In this document: one piece after another, positions 8,593-16,668 of the stretch | How positions within the stretch are numbered: position 1 is the first letter of the stretch | How the letters are laid out: the number at the start of each line of letters is the position of its first letter | NCBI GenBank assembly: GCA_035506295.1 | Contig: DATJPR010000098.1 | Coordinates: 4,789-68,788 of the forward strand | Source: Bacteroidota bacterium | GTDB taxonomy: Bacteria > Bacteroidota > Ignavibacteria > UBA10030 > UBA6906 | DNA length: 64,000 bases | Direction: 5' to 3' | Made by a program: the position numbers and the translations under genes | The notes under the pieces: generated by a model | Databases searched by the model: none | What the model was told of the DNA's origin: nothing | The model's input: only the letters and a program-made list of their open reading frames with translations

Positions 8593-9948
8593 TTATGCTG
8601 CGATCATCATATGTTCAAGCCGGGCGACGCTCTGGCCGAAGTCCGCGTGTTCCGTGGACGGCTGGCGGAGAAATGTCCGGATGGATTCCCAATTCTTCAG
8701 CGCCTCGTCGATCCGGGGATTTGATCCACGGACGTAGGCGCCGATGTTGATCAGATCTTCCGCTTCGCGGTACGTCGCCATCATATCCAGCAACCGATGG
8801 GCCGCCCTGCGGTGTTCCTCCGTCGTAATCCCGCTCATGACACGGCTGACGCTTTCGAGCACATCGACGGCGGGATAGTGTCCCGCGGACGCAAGCCGGC
8901 GGGAGAGAACGATATGCCCGTCCAGAATCGATCGCACGGCATCGGCGACGGGCTCGGTCATGTCATCGCCTTCGACGAGCACCGTGTAGAGCCCGGTGAT
9001 GCTGCCGATTTTGCTGTTGCCGGCGCGCTCGAGAAGTTTCGGCAGCATGGCAAACACCGACGGGGTGTAGCCTTTCGTCGTCGGCGGTTCACCGATCGCG
9101 AGCCCGACTTCCCGCTGCGCCATGGCAAAGCGCGTGACGGAATCCATCATCATCATCACATTTTTCCCGTGATCGCGGAAGTACTCGGCGATCGTCGTCG
9201 CCATGAAGGCCGCCTTCAGGCGGATCAGCGGCGCCTGGTCGCTCGTCGCCACGACCACGACGGATCGGGCCAGCCCCTCCACGCCCAGCTCGGAATCGAT
9301 GAATTCCGCGACTTCGCGTCCCCGTTCTCCCACCAGCGCAATCACGTTGACATCTGCTGACGTGTTGCGGGCGATCATCCCCAGCGTCACGCTTTTTCCG
9401 ACGCCGCTGCCCGCGAAGATGCCGACTCGCTGCCCTTTGCCGCAGGTGAGCAGAGCATCGATCGCTCGAATGCCGGTGCCGACGGGTTCGGCGATACGCT
9501 TGCGTTCCAGGGGGTTCGGTGGCGGACTGTAGATTGAGCGGACTTCCTGCGTCACGAGCGGCCCTTTGCCGTCGAGCGGACGGCCGAGACCGTCGAGGAC
9601 GCGCCCCAGCAGTTCATCGCCGACATTGACGGACAGCGCCCTGTTGGTGGCCACAATCTCGCTCCCCGGCCCGACCCGTGTGGCTTCCCCGAGGATCATG
9701 GAGAGGACGCGATTATCGCGGAAGCCCACCACCTCCGACATCACCGCGTCCTCTCCTTCCTTGGATTTGATAATGCAGACGTCCCCGAGGGAACAGTTCG
9801 GCCCGATGGACTCGATGACGAGACCGATCACCTGCGTCACCTTTCCGTTGACCTTCACAAGGTCGACCTGCTGCAGGCGCGTGAGGTAGTTCCGGAGACC
9901 GTCCGAAGCGATCTCCGGCGAATCCAGTGTCTCTGCATCCGTGATCAT
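8593..9948 (-). CDS. fliI: Flagellum-specific ATPase FliI
   Basis: Walker A GIFAGSGVGKS and a Walker B region VMMMMDSVTRFA, as in the T3SS/F1-type ATPase family. I prefer ATG 9948 (MITDAETL...). The track start at 10056 would overlap fliH by ~100 nt. Confidence 0.93.
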   Translation of the reverse strand: MITDAETLDSPEIASDGLRNYLTRLQQVDLVKVNGKVTQVIGLVIESIGPNCSLGDVCIIKSKEGEDAVMSEVVGFRDNRVLSMILGEATRVGPGSEIVATNRALSVNVGDELLGRVLDGLGRPLDGKGPLVTQEVRSIYSPPPNPLERKRIAEPVGTGIRAIDALLTCGKGQRVGIFAGSGVGKSVTLGMIARNTSADVNVIALVGERGREVAEFIDSELGVEGLARSVVVVATSDQAPLIRLKAAFMATTIAEYFRDHGKNVMMMMDSVTRFAMAQREVGLAIGEPPTTKGYTPSVFAMLPKLLERAGNSKIGSITGLYTVLVEGDDMTEPVADAVRSILDGHIVLSRRLASAGHYPAVDVLESVSRVMSGITTEEHRRAAHRLLDMMATYREAEDLINIGAYVRGSNPRIDEALKNWESIRTFLRQPSTEHADFGQSVARLEHMMIAA

Positions 9949-9959
9949 GCCCTGCGTGT

Positions 9960-10664
9960 TCACGCGATCACCTGTCCGAAGAGCGCTGCTTCGATCTGTT
10001 CGAGTTGCGTGAAGACCCGTGCGTCCACTGTGCCGGACGACGTTTCGAGAATGCATCCGCCGGGTTCGATCTTGTCGTCCGATTCGATGACGATGTCGCG
10101 CACGGACTGGGAATTCGCCATGATCTCCGACTTGTTGCTCCGGACCATCGCCTCGTCCCGCGGGTTGACGCGGAGTTTCAGCGATTCAACTCCGACCACT
10201 CTGCGGATCCCCTCCTGGATCTGGCGCAGCACAATTTCATCGTCGATGGTGACTTCGTGCTTGACAACCCTGCCCGCGATCGCGATGGCAAAACGGAAGG
10301 CCTCCTGTTCCAGCCGGGCGGTGAGTTTCGCCTGCTCGCCCGCCAGCGATTGAAGGAACTGCCCGATGCGCTTCCGCTCGTCGGCCATGCGCTGCTCCGC
10401 GATGGATCCCGCAGCCTTCCTTCCTTCCTCCATGCCGTTCTGATAGCCACGCTGATATTCGTCCGCCAGAAGCGCCTGCACGTTTTCGGGCTGAAACGAA
10501 GGAGCTTCGGGTTCCTGCATCACGCGCTGGTCATCCCGCGGCGAAAGGTCGATGGACTCGATGTCCGGGAGCGGCGAGCTGAGCCGCAATCTGCCGAGCC
10601 GGCCTGCGAGTTTGATGACTTCAGACAAAGACTTCCTCCGTTCCTCCGCGACCGGCGACCACAA
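9960..10664 (-). CDS. fliH: Flagellar assembly protein FliH
   Basis: 234 aa in the fliG-fliH-fliI slot with a FliH-like C-terminus (AIAIAGRVVKHEVTIDDEIVLRQIQEGIRRVVGVESLKLRVNPRDEAMV...GGCILETSSGTVDARVFTQLEQIE). The track start overlaps fliG by 44 nt. A TTG at 10628 is an alternative start. Confidence 0.75.
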   Translation of the reverse strand: MWSPVAEERRKSLSEVIKLAGRLGRLRLSSPLPDIESIDLSPRDDQRVMQEPEAPSFQPENVQALLADEYQRGYQNGMEEGRKAAGSIAEQRMADERKRIGQFLQSLAGEQAKLTARLEQEAFRFAIAIAGRVVKHEVTIDDEIVLRQIQEGIRRVVGVESLKLRVNPRDEAMVRSNKSEIMANSQSVRDIVIESDDKIEPGGCILETSSGTVDARVFTQLEQIEAALFGQVIA

Positions 10665-11655
10665 TCTCGCCCTGGTCTTCGAGCTGTTTCACGATTTCGA
10701 CGATACGCGTTTGCGCCCCTTCCACTTCTTTCAACCGGACCGGCCCCATGTATTGCAGCTCTTCCTGGAGCAGCTCGCGCGCCCGTTCGCTCATGTTCTG
10801 GAAGATCTTCTGTTTCAGCTTCTCGTCCACGACCTTCAACGAGAGGGCAAGTTCCTTCTTGTCCACTTCCCTGAGGATCCGCTGGATGCCGCGGTCGTCG
10901 ACGTACAGCAGGTCTTCGAACAGGAACATCAGGCGTTTGATCTCTCCGGCAAGCTGCGGGTCGTGCTGTTCGATGTTTTCGAGAATAACTTTCGCCGTGG
11001 CGTTGTTGCATTTGTTCAACACGGCAGCCATGGCTTTAGCGCCACCCATGACGCTCAGGCTCTGGCTGATCTCGGATTTCGCGATCTCTTCGACGACATC
11101 CTCGACCTCCGCCAGCAGTTGCGGCGATACCTTGCCGAGCGTGGCCATCCGATAGCTCACCGTGTGGCGCAGCTCGTCCGGGAATTCTGTCAGGACCTGG
11201 GCGGTCTGATCGGGCGAAAGATTCGAGAGGATCAACGCTATCGTCTGCGGATGTTCTTTCTGCAGGAAGCTCGCGAGTTGCTGCCCGTCTGCCTTCTTGA
11301 GAATCCCGAACCCCTTGACGTGCGTGAGGGCTTTGACCTTCTCGAGAATGTCCGTCGCCCGTGAGAACCCGAGGGAGCTTTCGAGCAAACGCTGTGCGTA
11401 GTCCAACCCGCCCTGAATGATGAACTCCTCGGCCGTGATCATCTGGTGGAATTCCTCGATGACCCGGTCCACCTTCGCGGAATGGATCCCCTTGATGTTG
11501 GAGATCTCGACCGTGAGGTTTTCAATTTCTTCCTGGGAGAGCTCGCGCATGACCTTCGTGGCGGTCTCGACATCCAGGGAAAGGACAAGGAGCGCCGCCT
11601 TCTGTTTCGACGACAGCCGATCATTTTGCGTGGTCGCAACTCTCTGATCTGCCAT
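10621..11655 (-). CDS. fliG: Flagellar motor switch protein FliG
   Basis: 344 aa with FliG N, M and C domains (EHPQTIALIL; MFLFEDLLYVDDRGIQRILREVDKKELALSLK). Confidence 0.93.
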   Translation of the reverse strand: MADQRVATTQNDRLSSKQKAALLVLSLDVETATKVMRELSQEEIENLTVEISNIKGIHSAKVDRVIEEFHQMITAEEFIIQGGLDYAQRLLESSLGFSRATDILEKVKALTHVKGFGILKKADGQQLASFLQKEHPQTIALILSNLSPDQTAQVLTEFPDELRHTVSYRMATLGKVSPQLLAEVEDVVEEIAKSEISQSLSVMGGAKAMAAVLNKCNNATAKVILENIEQHDPQLAGEIKRLMFLFEDLLYVDDRGIQRILREVDKKELALSLKVVDEKLKQKIFQNMSERARELLQEELQYMGPVRLKEVEGAQTRIVEIVKQLEDQGEIVVAGRGGTEEVFV

Positions 11656-11661
11656 GGGGCA

Positions 11662-13212
11662 TCAATCCTCAGCAAGCCAAACTTTGAGCAGCCGCGAAGT
11701 CTCTGCCGGTTTCTCGCGGATGTAATCGGTGACCCGTTCGCGCCGCTGTGCCCGGAGCAGCGCTTCCTCGGAAACCTCGGCCTCGATCGGGGGAAGCTCG
11801 GGGATTTCCTTCTTGGCTCTGACGGCGGCCGCGGCACTCATTTGCAGCTGTTCGAGCTCCGTGGGGACGCCCGGGAGCCGGACGCGGACGCGGTTCAAGA
11901 GTGACCGGAGAATGAACACGCCGCCGAGCATCGCGCCGATCACAAACAGCTTGACCGCCCAGCCGTACCAGTCGGATGAGGGGGTCTGCTTGTAGACGAG
12001 GTCTTGTTCGCCGCCGCCGTTGGCGCCGAACGACAGGTTCGTGACGCTTACCTCGTCGTTTCTCCCCGGGTTGAAACCCACGCTCTTCTTCACGAGGTCC
12101 GTCAGCTTGTTCATTTCATCCTGCGGCCGCGCCACGTACTCGATCACCTTCTCGCCGCCCTTGTCGGAGGACTTCGGGACGCCGTTGACCACCGCCGCGA
12201 CCGAGAGACGCTTGATGTTCCCGAGGCTCTCGGCAATGTGCTCGACGGTCTTGTTCACTTCATAGTTCGTGACCGAGCTCGTCTTGGTGGCCGGGCCGGT
12301 GGAATCGGACTGCGGCGTCTTCTCTTCCTGGATCTGTTCGCTCCGGATGGCGGTGTTCTCCGGATCGTATTGCTCCATGGTCTTCTCGACCTGGCTGAAA
12401 TCAAGATCGGCGGTCACCTGCACGAGGGCGTTGCCGGACCCCACGACGCTCTCGAGCAGCGATTGCGCCTTCGAGGCGAGATACGATTCGACCTGGTGCT
12501 GGAGCTCGTACTGGGTCGAGGTCGTCGCGGCCAGGGAATTGCTCTTGTTCTCCGAGAGCAGGACCCCGCGGGAATCGAGGATCGTCACATTGTCGGCATC
12601 AAGCCCTTCGATGCTGCTGGCAACAAGGTGCGCGATACCCTTGACGGACTCCTGACGCAGCGGCTGTCCGGATTTCAATTTGAGGACCACCGAAGCGGTG
12701 GCCGGTTTCTCGTCTTCCTTGAAAAGCGCCTTCTCGGGGACCACGAGGTGCACGCGCGCGGCTTCAACTTCGTCGATCTGCAGGATCGTCCGCGCCAGCT
12801 CGCCTTCAAGCGCGCGCCGGTAGTTGATTTTCTGGACGAAGTCCGAGACGCCCAGGTTTGTACGGTCAAACAGCTCATACCCGATGATGCTCGACTGGGG
12901 AAGCCCTTCCCCGGCGAGAGACAGGCGCATGTCGTACACCTGTTCTTTGGGGATCAGGACGGATTTCCCTCCGTCTTCCAGCTGATAGGGGATGGATTTC
13001 TCACGAAGCTTCTCGACGATCTTCGAGGCATCCTGCTCGTTCAGGTTGCTGAAAAGCGTCGCATAGGTCGGGCGATTGACGAAGGAGACGAGAGCGAGGA
13101 TCCCCGCGACGACGGCGACGGCCACTCCCGCAAGGGTGGCTTTCTGTCCGAGCGTGAGGCGGCGGAAGAACTGCGTCACTTGTTCCGTGGGCTGGTTCTG
13201 GGCTGGTGCCAT
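11662..13212 (-). CDS. fliF: Flagellar M-ring protein FliF
   Basis: 516 aa of the YscJ/FliF family. Two TM helices flank LFSNLNEQDASKIVEKLREKSIPYQLEDGGKSVLIPKEQVYDMRLSLAGEGLP. Confidence 0.93.
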   Translation of the reverse strand: MAPAQNQPTEQVTQFFRRLTLGQKATLAGVAVAVVAGILALVSFVNRPTYATLFSNLNEQDASKIVEKLREKSIPYQLEDGGKSVLIPKEQVYDMRLSLAGEGLPQSSIIGYELFDRTNLGVSDFVQKINYRRALEGELARTILQIDEVEAARVHLVVPEKALFKEDEKPATASVVLKLKSGQPLRQESVKGIAHLVASSIEGLDADNVTILDSRGVLLSENKSNSLAATTSTQYELQHQVESYLASKAQSLLESVVGSGNALVQVTADLDFSQVEKTMEQYDPENTAIRSEQIQEEKTPQSDSTGPATKTSSVTNYEVNKTVEHIAESLGNIKRLSVAAVVNGVPKSSDKGGEKVIEYVARPQDEMNKLTDLVKKSVGFNPGRNDEVSVTNLSFGANGGGEQDLVYKQTPSSDWYGWAVKLFVIGAMLGGVFILRSLLNRVRVRLPGVPTELEQLQMSAAAAVRAKKEIPELPPIEAEVSEEALLRAQRRERVTDYIREKPAETSRLLKVWLAED

Positions 13213-13216
13213 GGCA

Positions 13217-13519
13217 TTACACCTGGATTCTCATGAGCTCCTGGTACGCGCTGATGGCTTTGTTGCGGATTTCCATCAGCAGGTCGAAACTGGTCTTTGC
13301 CTTCTCCGCCGCGATCATCACGTCATGGAGATCGACATCCTTGCCGTCGATCATCTGGTTGACGGCCCTGTCGGCCTCCGTCTGGAGGTTGTTCACGTCC
13401 TTCACCGCCTGATTGAGCGTCTCACCGAACGACACGGTGGCGTCCCGCGCCGTCTTTTCGGCCGACTTCTTCTCCAGGCCGACCGTCGGCAACAAGGTAA
13501 GGGCTTGATCAATCTTCAT
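13217..13519 (-). CDS. fliE: Flagellar hook-basal body protein FliE
   Basis: 100 aa. FGETLNQAVKDVNNLQTEADRAVNQMIDGKDVDLHDVMIAAEKAKTSFDLLMEIRNKAISAYQELMRIQV. Confidence 0.88.
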   Translation of the reverse strand: MKIDQALTLLPTVGLEKKSAEKTARDATVSFGETLNQAVKDVNNLQTEADRAVNQMIDGKDVDLHDVMIAAEKAKTSFDLLMEIRNKAISAYQELMRIQV

Positions 13520-13521
13520 TG

Positions 13522-13815
13522 CTATACCTTTCGGTCAATCATCGATCCGGTCTGAACAGGACCACCGGAGAGCCCGCGCGGGGAATACGTCACATGGGCA
13601 GCGATGTCCGGCGATGATTCGGGGAACAAGGCTGCGAAGTAGTCCTTCTCCTCCGGCGTCACGACCGCGTCGGCTGCTTGCGCCGTCTTCGCCGTTGCAG
13701 GCGTGAACGTTTCGGGTTTGAGAGCCGGAAACTTCTCTCCGCCTTTGATGACCCGCTGCTTCGCCGTTTCCGTTTGCTGCAGGGTGATCGTCGGGTCCAG
13801 TCCTCGGATATCCAT
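13522..13815 (-). CDS. Hypothetical 97-aa protein inserted between flgC and fliE
   Basis: ATG-initiated ORF fitted exactly into the operon: 2 nt after the flgC stop, and its stop is 2 nt before the fliE ATG. The sequence MDIRGLDPTITLQQTETAKQ...TPEEKDYFAALFPESSPDIAAHVTYSPRGLSGGPVQTGSMIDRKV matches no family I recognise. Confidence 0.6.
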   Translation of the reverse strand: MDIRGLDPTITLQQTETAKQRVIKGGEKFPALKPETFTPATAKTAQAADAVVTPEEKDYFAALFPESSPDIAAHVTYSPRGLSGGPVQTGSMIDRKV

Positions 13816-13817
13816 AG

Positions 13818-14315
13818 CTAAATCTCCAGAGAATCTTTTGCCATTGTTTTCGCTGCGCCGATCGCCGTGGTGTTTGCCTCAAAGGAACGCGACGTCGCAA
13901 TCATGTTGACCATTTCTGTGACCACATTAACATTCGGCATGGCCACGTAGCCGTTGGCGTCCGCATCCGGGTTGCCGGGATCATACACGACACGTGGCGG
14001 AGTCTTGTCTTCCGATTCCGTCGCGGTGATGCCTGCCGAAACGGTCTTCGCATCGGTGACGGTGAAGGGGCCGCCGCTCAAATGATTGCTGTCCGTGGTC
14101 GCGAGCTTAAGGCCCGCCTGCTTCATCACGCTGGCAAAGACCTGCACGGCGCGCGATTTGAACGTCACCACTTTCCTCCGGTACGGCGTCCCTGCGGCGG
14201 TCTTTGTCGTCTCCGCGTTCGCCAGGTTCTCCGCGATGGCGTTCATGCGCTTGCGCTGGGCACTGAGCCCGGCCGCGCTGATGTCGAGGCCGGTGAAGAC
14301 GGTATCGATTTTCAT
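13818..14315 (-). CDS. flgC: Flagellar basal-body rod protein FlgC
   Basis: 165 aa from ATG 14315. Contains LDISAAGLSAQRKRMNAIAENLANAETT and GYVAMPNVNVVTEMVNMIATSRSFEANTTAI. The 338-aa track ORF is an artefactual 5' extension across flgB. Confidence 0.92.
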   Translation of the reverse strand: MKIDTVFTGLDISAAGLSAQRKRMNAIAENLANAETTKTAAGTPYRRKVVTFKSRAVQVFASVMKQAGLKLATTDSNHLSGGPFTVTDAKTVSAGITATESEDKTPPRVVYDPGNPDADANGYVAMPNVNVVTEMVNMIATSRSFEANTTAIGAAKTMAKDSLEI

Positions 14316-14731
14316 TGGGTCCCCCGAATGCTCTTTTCGAGCGCCTGGAACGCCTGACCGGCAAGTCGCGATGCGAACTTGTACCGGATCTGATTCTTCG
14401 CCAGCTCGCTCATTTCCTGATCGATGTCGACGCCGTTGACGCCGCTCGCAAGCCCGTCGCCGTTCGGCGCCTTCACGTCTTCCACGTACGGCCGGGCGTC
14501 GGTCGCCGACGACACGCCAATCGGGATGTGCCGCGCATCGGTAGTGGTTCCACGCAGGGAAAGCTGCTCCCCATCCTCCGACGAGAGTTGCTCTTCGAAA
14601 TTCACCTGCTTGGGGATGTAATCGGCGGTTCCGACGTTCGCGATATTGGCGGCGATGGTCTTGTGCCGGAGAGCGTAGGCGCCCAGCGCCCTTCCAAGGG
14701 CTGGAATGGTGGTGAGATCGAACAACTTCAT
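14312..14731 (-). CDS. flgB: Flagellar basal-body rod protein FlgB
   Basis: 139 aa. Contains ALRHKTIAANIANVGTADY and DIDQEMSELAKNQIRYKFASRL. 4-nt overlap with flgC. First gene of the structural operon. Confidence 0.9.
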   Translation of the reverse strand: MKLFDLTTIPALGRALGAYALRHKTIAANIANVGTADYIPKQVNFEEQLSSEDGEQLSLRGTTTDARHIPIGVSSATDARPYVEDVKAPNGDGLASGVNGVDIDQEMSELAKNQIRYKFASRLAGQAFQALEKSIRGTQ

Positions 14732-14910
14732 GATGACTTGCAGCGGCGAGTATGCTGCGCCGTCCCACTTGTGTGAACGTGCGTCCGTGCGGTGATTTTT
14801 CAGCGGTAGGCAGCCTCCGTGTACCGTCCCGCACCCCCTTTAGAGGGAGCTCCTGTCTCCAGTGCGTGCGCCGGGGAGCTGGTGTCCCCTGCCCGAGCGC
14901 CGTAGTCGGC

Positions 14911-14950
14911 GGACGAATGTCGGAAGGAATCGTTCGACCGACATTCGTCC
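14911..14950 (-). promoter_or_regulatory. Perfect 13-bp inverted repeat (stem-loop) in the flgB leader
   Basis: GGACGAATGTCGG (14911-14923) pairs perfectly with CCGACATTCGTCC (14938-14950) around a 14-nt loop. There is no U-tract on the minus strand. It lies between the micro-ORF stop (14988) and the flgB ATG (14731). Confidence 0.5.
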
Positions 14951-14987
14951 TCTCTTCCCGCTTACAGGCTCAGTGATTCACGCGCTG

Positions 14988-15149
14988 TCATATTCCCAGT
15001 GTGTCCTCTTCCCAAGTGGGACGGACAGATTCGCGCTCTTTTCCCTTCTTATTCTTCGTCGCCACCGCAAAAGCTGTGAGGAGAGTTGCCACGATGCTTG
15101 CGGCCAGGGCAAAACGGCCGGCATTACGGAGGATCGGTTGATAGTTCAT
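14988..15149 (-). CDS. Candidate 53-codon membrane micro-ORF (below the ORF-track cutoff)
   Basis: Hand translation from ATG 15149 gives MNYQPILRNAGRFALAASIVATLLTAFAVATKNKKGKERESVRPTWEEDTLGI, ending at TGA. It has one hydrophobic helix and a basic tail, a GAGGGG ~14 nt upstream, and lies ~45 nt downstream of the sigma-54 promoter. Confidence 0.3.
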   Translation of the reverse strand: MNYQPILRNAGRFALAASIVATLLTAFAVATKNKKGKERESVRPTWEEDTLGI

Positions 15150-15194
15150 ACGATTCGAAGTTGCCCCTCGGGAATTGTGTTGAATCGTAACAGA

Positions 15195-15209
15195 GCAAGT
15201 GCGGTGCCA
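15195..15209 (-). promoter_or_regulatory. Sigma-54 (RpoN) -24/-12 promoter
   Basis: The minus strand 15209->15195 reads TGGCACCGCACTTGC, an exact match to TGGCAC-N5-TTGC. It is intergenic, between orf85 and the flgB operon. With 10 fixed positions the chance expectation is roughly 0.1 per 64 kb on both strands. Confidence 0.7.
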
Positions 15210-15293
15210 TTCCCGTGAAGCCTATTCTTGGTCCTTTGAAGAATGAACAAATGCTCCGTCTCTCCGTTCTGGCTAATATGCATCAGGTGGGGA

Positions 15294-15551
15294 CTATTCC
15301 CCTTCATAGTCCATGTAGAGGCTCACCGAACGACCGCACGTGCACACGAATTCCGCCGATGTGACGCGATCTCCCTCCTTGTGCAGGACCACGACAGGCT
15401 CATCCTTGCTCCCGGCGAGAACCCCAATCTTCTCCGTACCCGCGATGGAGATATGCGCCGCTTTGATGATGTTTCCCCGAACCTGCTCGGGTACGTCCAC
15501 GCGCTTATATGCAACGAGATCCAGAAACGGGCCTTCTTCAGTATTCGCCAT
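15294..15551 (-). CDS. Hypothetical 85-aa protein at the tail of the che operon
   Basis: ATG 15551 lies 4 nt after the cheB stop. The track ORF to 15683 overlaps cheB. MANTEEGPFLDLVAYKRVDVPEQVRGNIIKAAHISIAGTEKIGVLAGSKDEPVVVLHKEGDRVTSAEFVCTCGRSVSLYMDYEGE matches no family I recognise. Confidence 0.55.
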   Translation of the reverse strand: MANTEEGPFLDLVAYKRVDVPEQVRGNIIKAAHISIAGTEKIGVLAGSKDEPVVVLHKEGDRVTSAEFVCTCGRSVSLYMDYEGE

Positions 15552-15555
15552 GGCT

Positions 15556-16644
15556 CTATTCTCCGACGATCTTGGTGATGGTCGAAGGGATGTCTTCCAG
15601 CGCCGGATTCGCGTCCGCCAGCCCCTCGTCGACAACCGCCTTGGGCATTCCATAGACGACACAGGATTCCTCGTCCTGAGCAATCACCACCCCGCCTCCC
15701 TTCTTGATCAAGCGGGCCCCCTCGAGGCCATCCTTCCCCATCCCCGTCATAACGACCCCCAGGAGCGGGCTCCGGCTCGTCTCAACTGCGGAGGTCATCA
15801 TGATGTCTGCGCACGGGCGATAGAGGGTGTTGAGCGGCTCCAGGCTGATATGCGCCGTCAGGCCATGCCCGTTCCGGAGAAACGTGAGGTGTTGACCTCC
15901 CGGAGCGATGATGACCTTGCCGGGCTCCATGGGTTCCCCTTCTTCCGCCTCCTTGACATGCATTTCGCACAAACCATCAAGCCGCTCCGCCAAGGAGAGC
16001 GTGAATTTGGGAGGCATGTGCTGGACGATCGCAATGCCGAGCGGGAAATTCTTGGGGAGCTTGGGAAGAATTTTCAGGAGGGCAAACGGCCCGCCTGTAG
16101 AGACGGCGAGCACGACCGCACCGAGGTCCTTCCGCGTCCGGATCGGAGGCATCGGGTGATGTGCCGCGGGTGTAGCAGGCGTCTGTGCGGAGGCGAATTT
16201 CGCAGTGGAAGCGCGAATGCGCTGCAGGCGCAGCGCCAGTGATCGGCTGAGGGCGATGTGCTTGACTTTCGCAACGAGCTCTTCCTTGATCTTCACGATA
16301 TCGAGCGACACGTACGAAAGCTCCTTGGGAATGAAGTCCACCGCCCCCAGATTCAACGCATCCAGCGTTGCTTTCGCGCCGTCGGTGGTGAGCGAACTCA
16401 CCATCAGCACAGGCACGGGCATTTCCTTCATGATGATCCCGAGCGCCGTGAGGCCGTCCATGTTCGGCATCTCGATGTCCATCGTCACCAGGTCCGGCCG
16501 CAGCTGCCGGATTTTCTCGATTCCATCCTTCCCGTCTTTCGCGGTCGCGACAACCTTGATCTGGGGATCTGATTCCAGCATCAACGAGAGAGACTTCCGC
16601 ATGAAGGCGGAATCGTCCACAACAACGACGTTAATGGTTCGCAC
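15556..16644 (-). CDS. cheB: Chemotaxis response regulator protein-glutamate methylesterase CheB
   Basis: 362 aa with a GTG start. REC domain (VVVVDDSAFMRKSL...DLVTMDIEMPNMDG) plus a CheB esterase domain (VLAVSTGGPFAL, IVQHMPPKFT, GVVMTGMGKDG). Confidence 0.92.
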   Translation of the reverse strand: MRTINVVVVDDSAFMRKSLSLMLESDPQIKVVATAKDGKDGIEKIRQLRPDLVTMDIEMPNMDGLTALGIIMKEMPVPVLMVSSLTTDGAKATLDALNLGAVDFIPKELSYVSLDIVKIKEELVAKVKHIALSRSLALRLQRIRASTAKFASAQTPATPAAHHPMPPIRTRKDLGAVVLAVSTGGPFALLKILPKLPKNFPLGIAIVQHMPPKFTLSLAERLDGLCEMHVKEAEEGEPMEPGKVIIAPGGQHLTFLRNGHGLTAHISLEPLNTLYRPCADIMMTSAVETSRSPLLGVVMTGMGKDGLEGARLIKKGGGVVIAQDEESCVVYGMPKAVVDEGLADANPALEDIPSTITKIVGE

Positions 16645-16668
16645 GGTGTTCTCTGGTCCTTGCCATCC

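Noticed and set aside
14749-14777. Sigma-70-like TTCACA-N17-CATACT just upstream of flgB
   Set aside because: It would leave only a ~10-nt leader without a Shine-Dalgarno, and the hexamers are mediocre. It is mentioned only as an alternative in the flgB-leader finding, not called as a feature.
14316-14834. 5' extension of the flgC ORF in the track (338-aa version)
   Set aside because: The extension overlaps flgB in another frame and is Arg-rich nonsense. The FlgC signature begins at ATG 14315. Similar artefactual 5' extensions were trimmed for 4725-5225, 15294-15683, 23180-25024, 27336-28298, 36752-37222, 37898-38329, 38190-38540 and 8593-10056.
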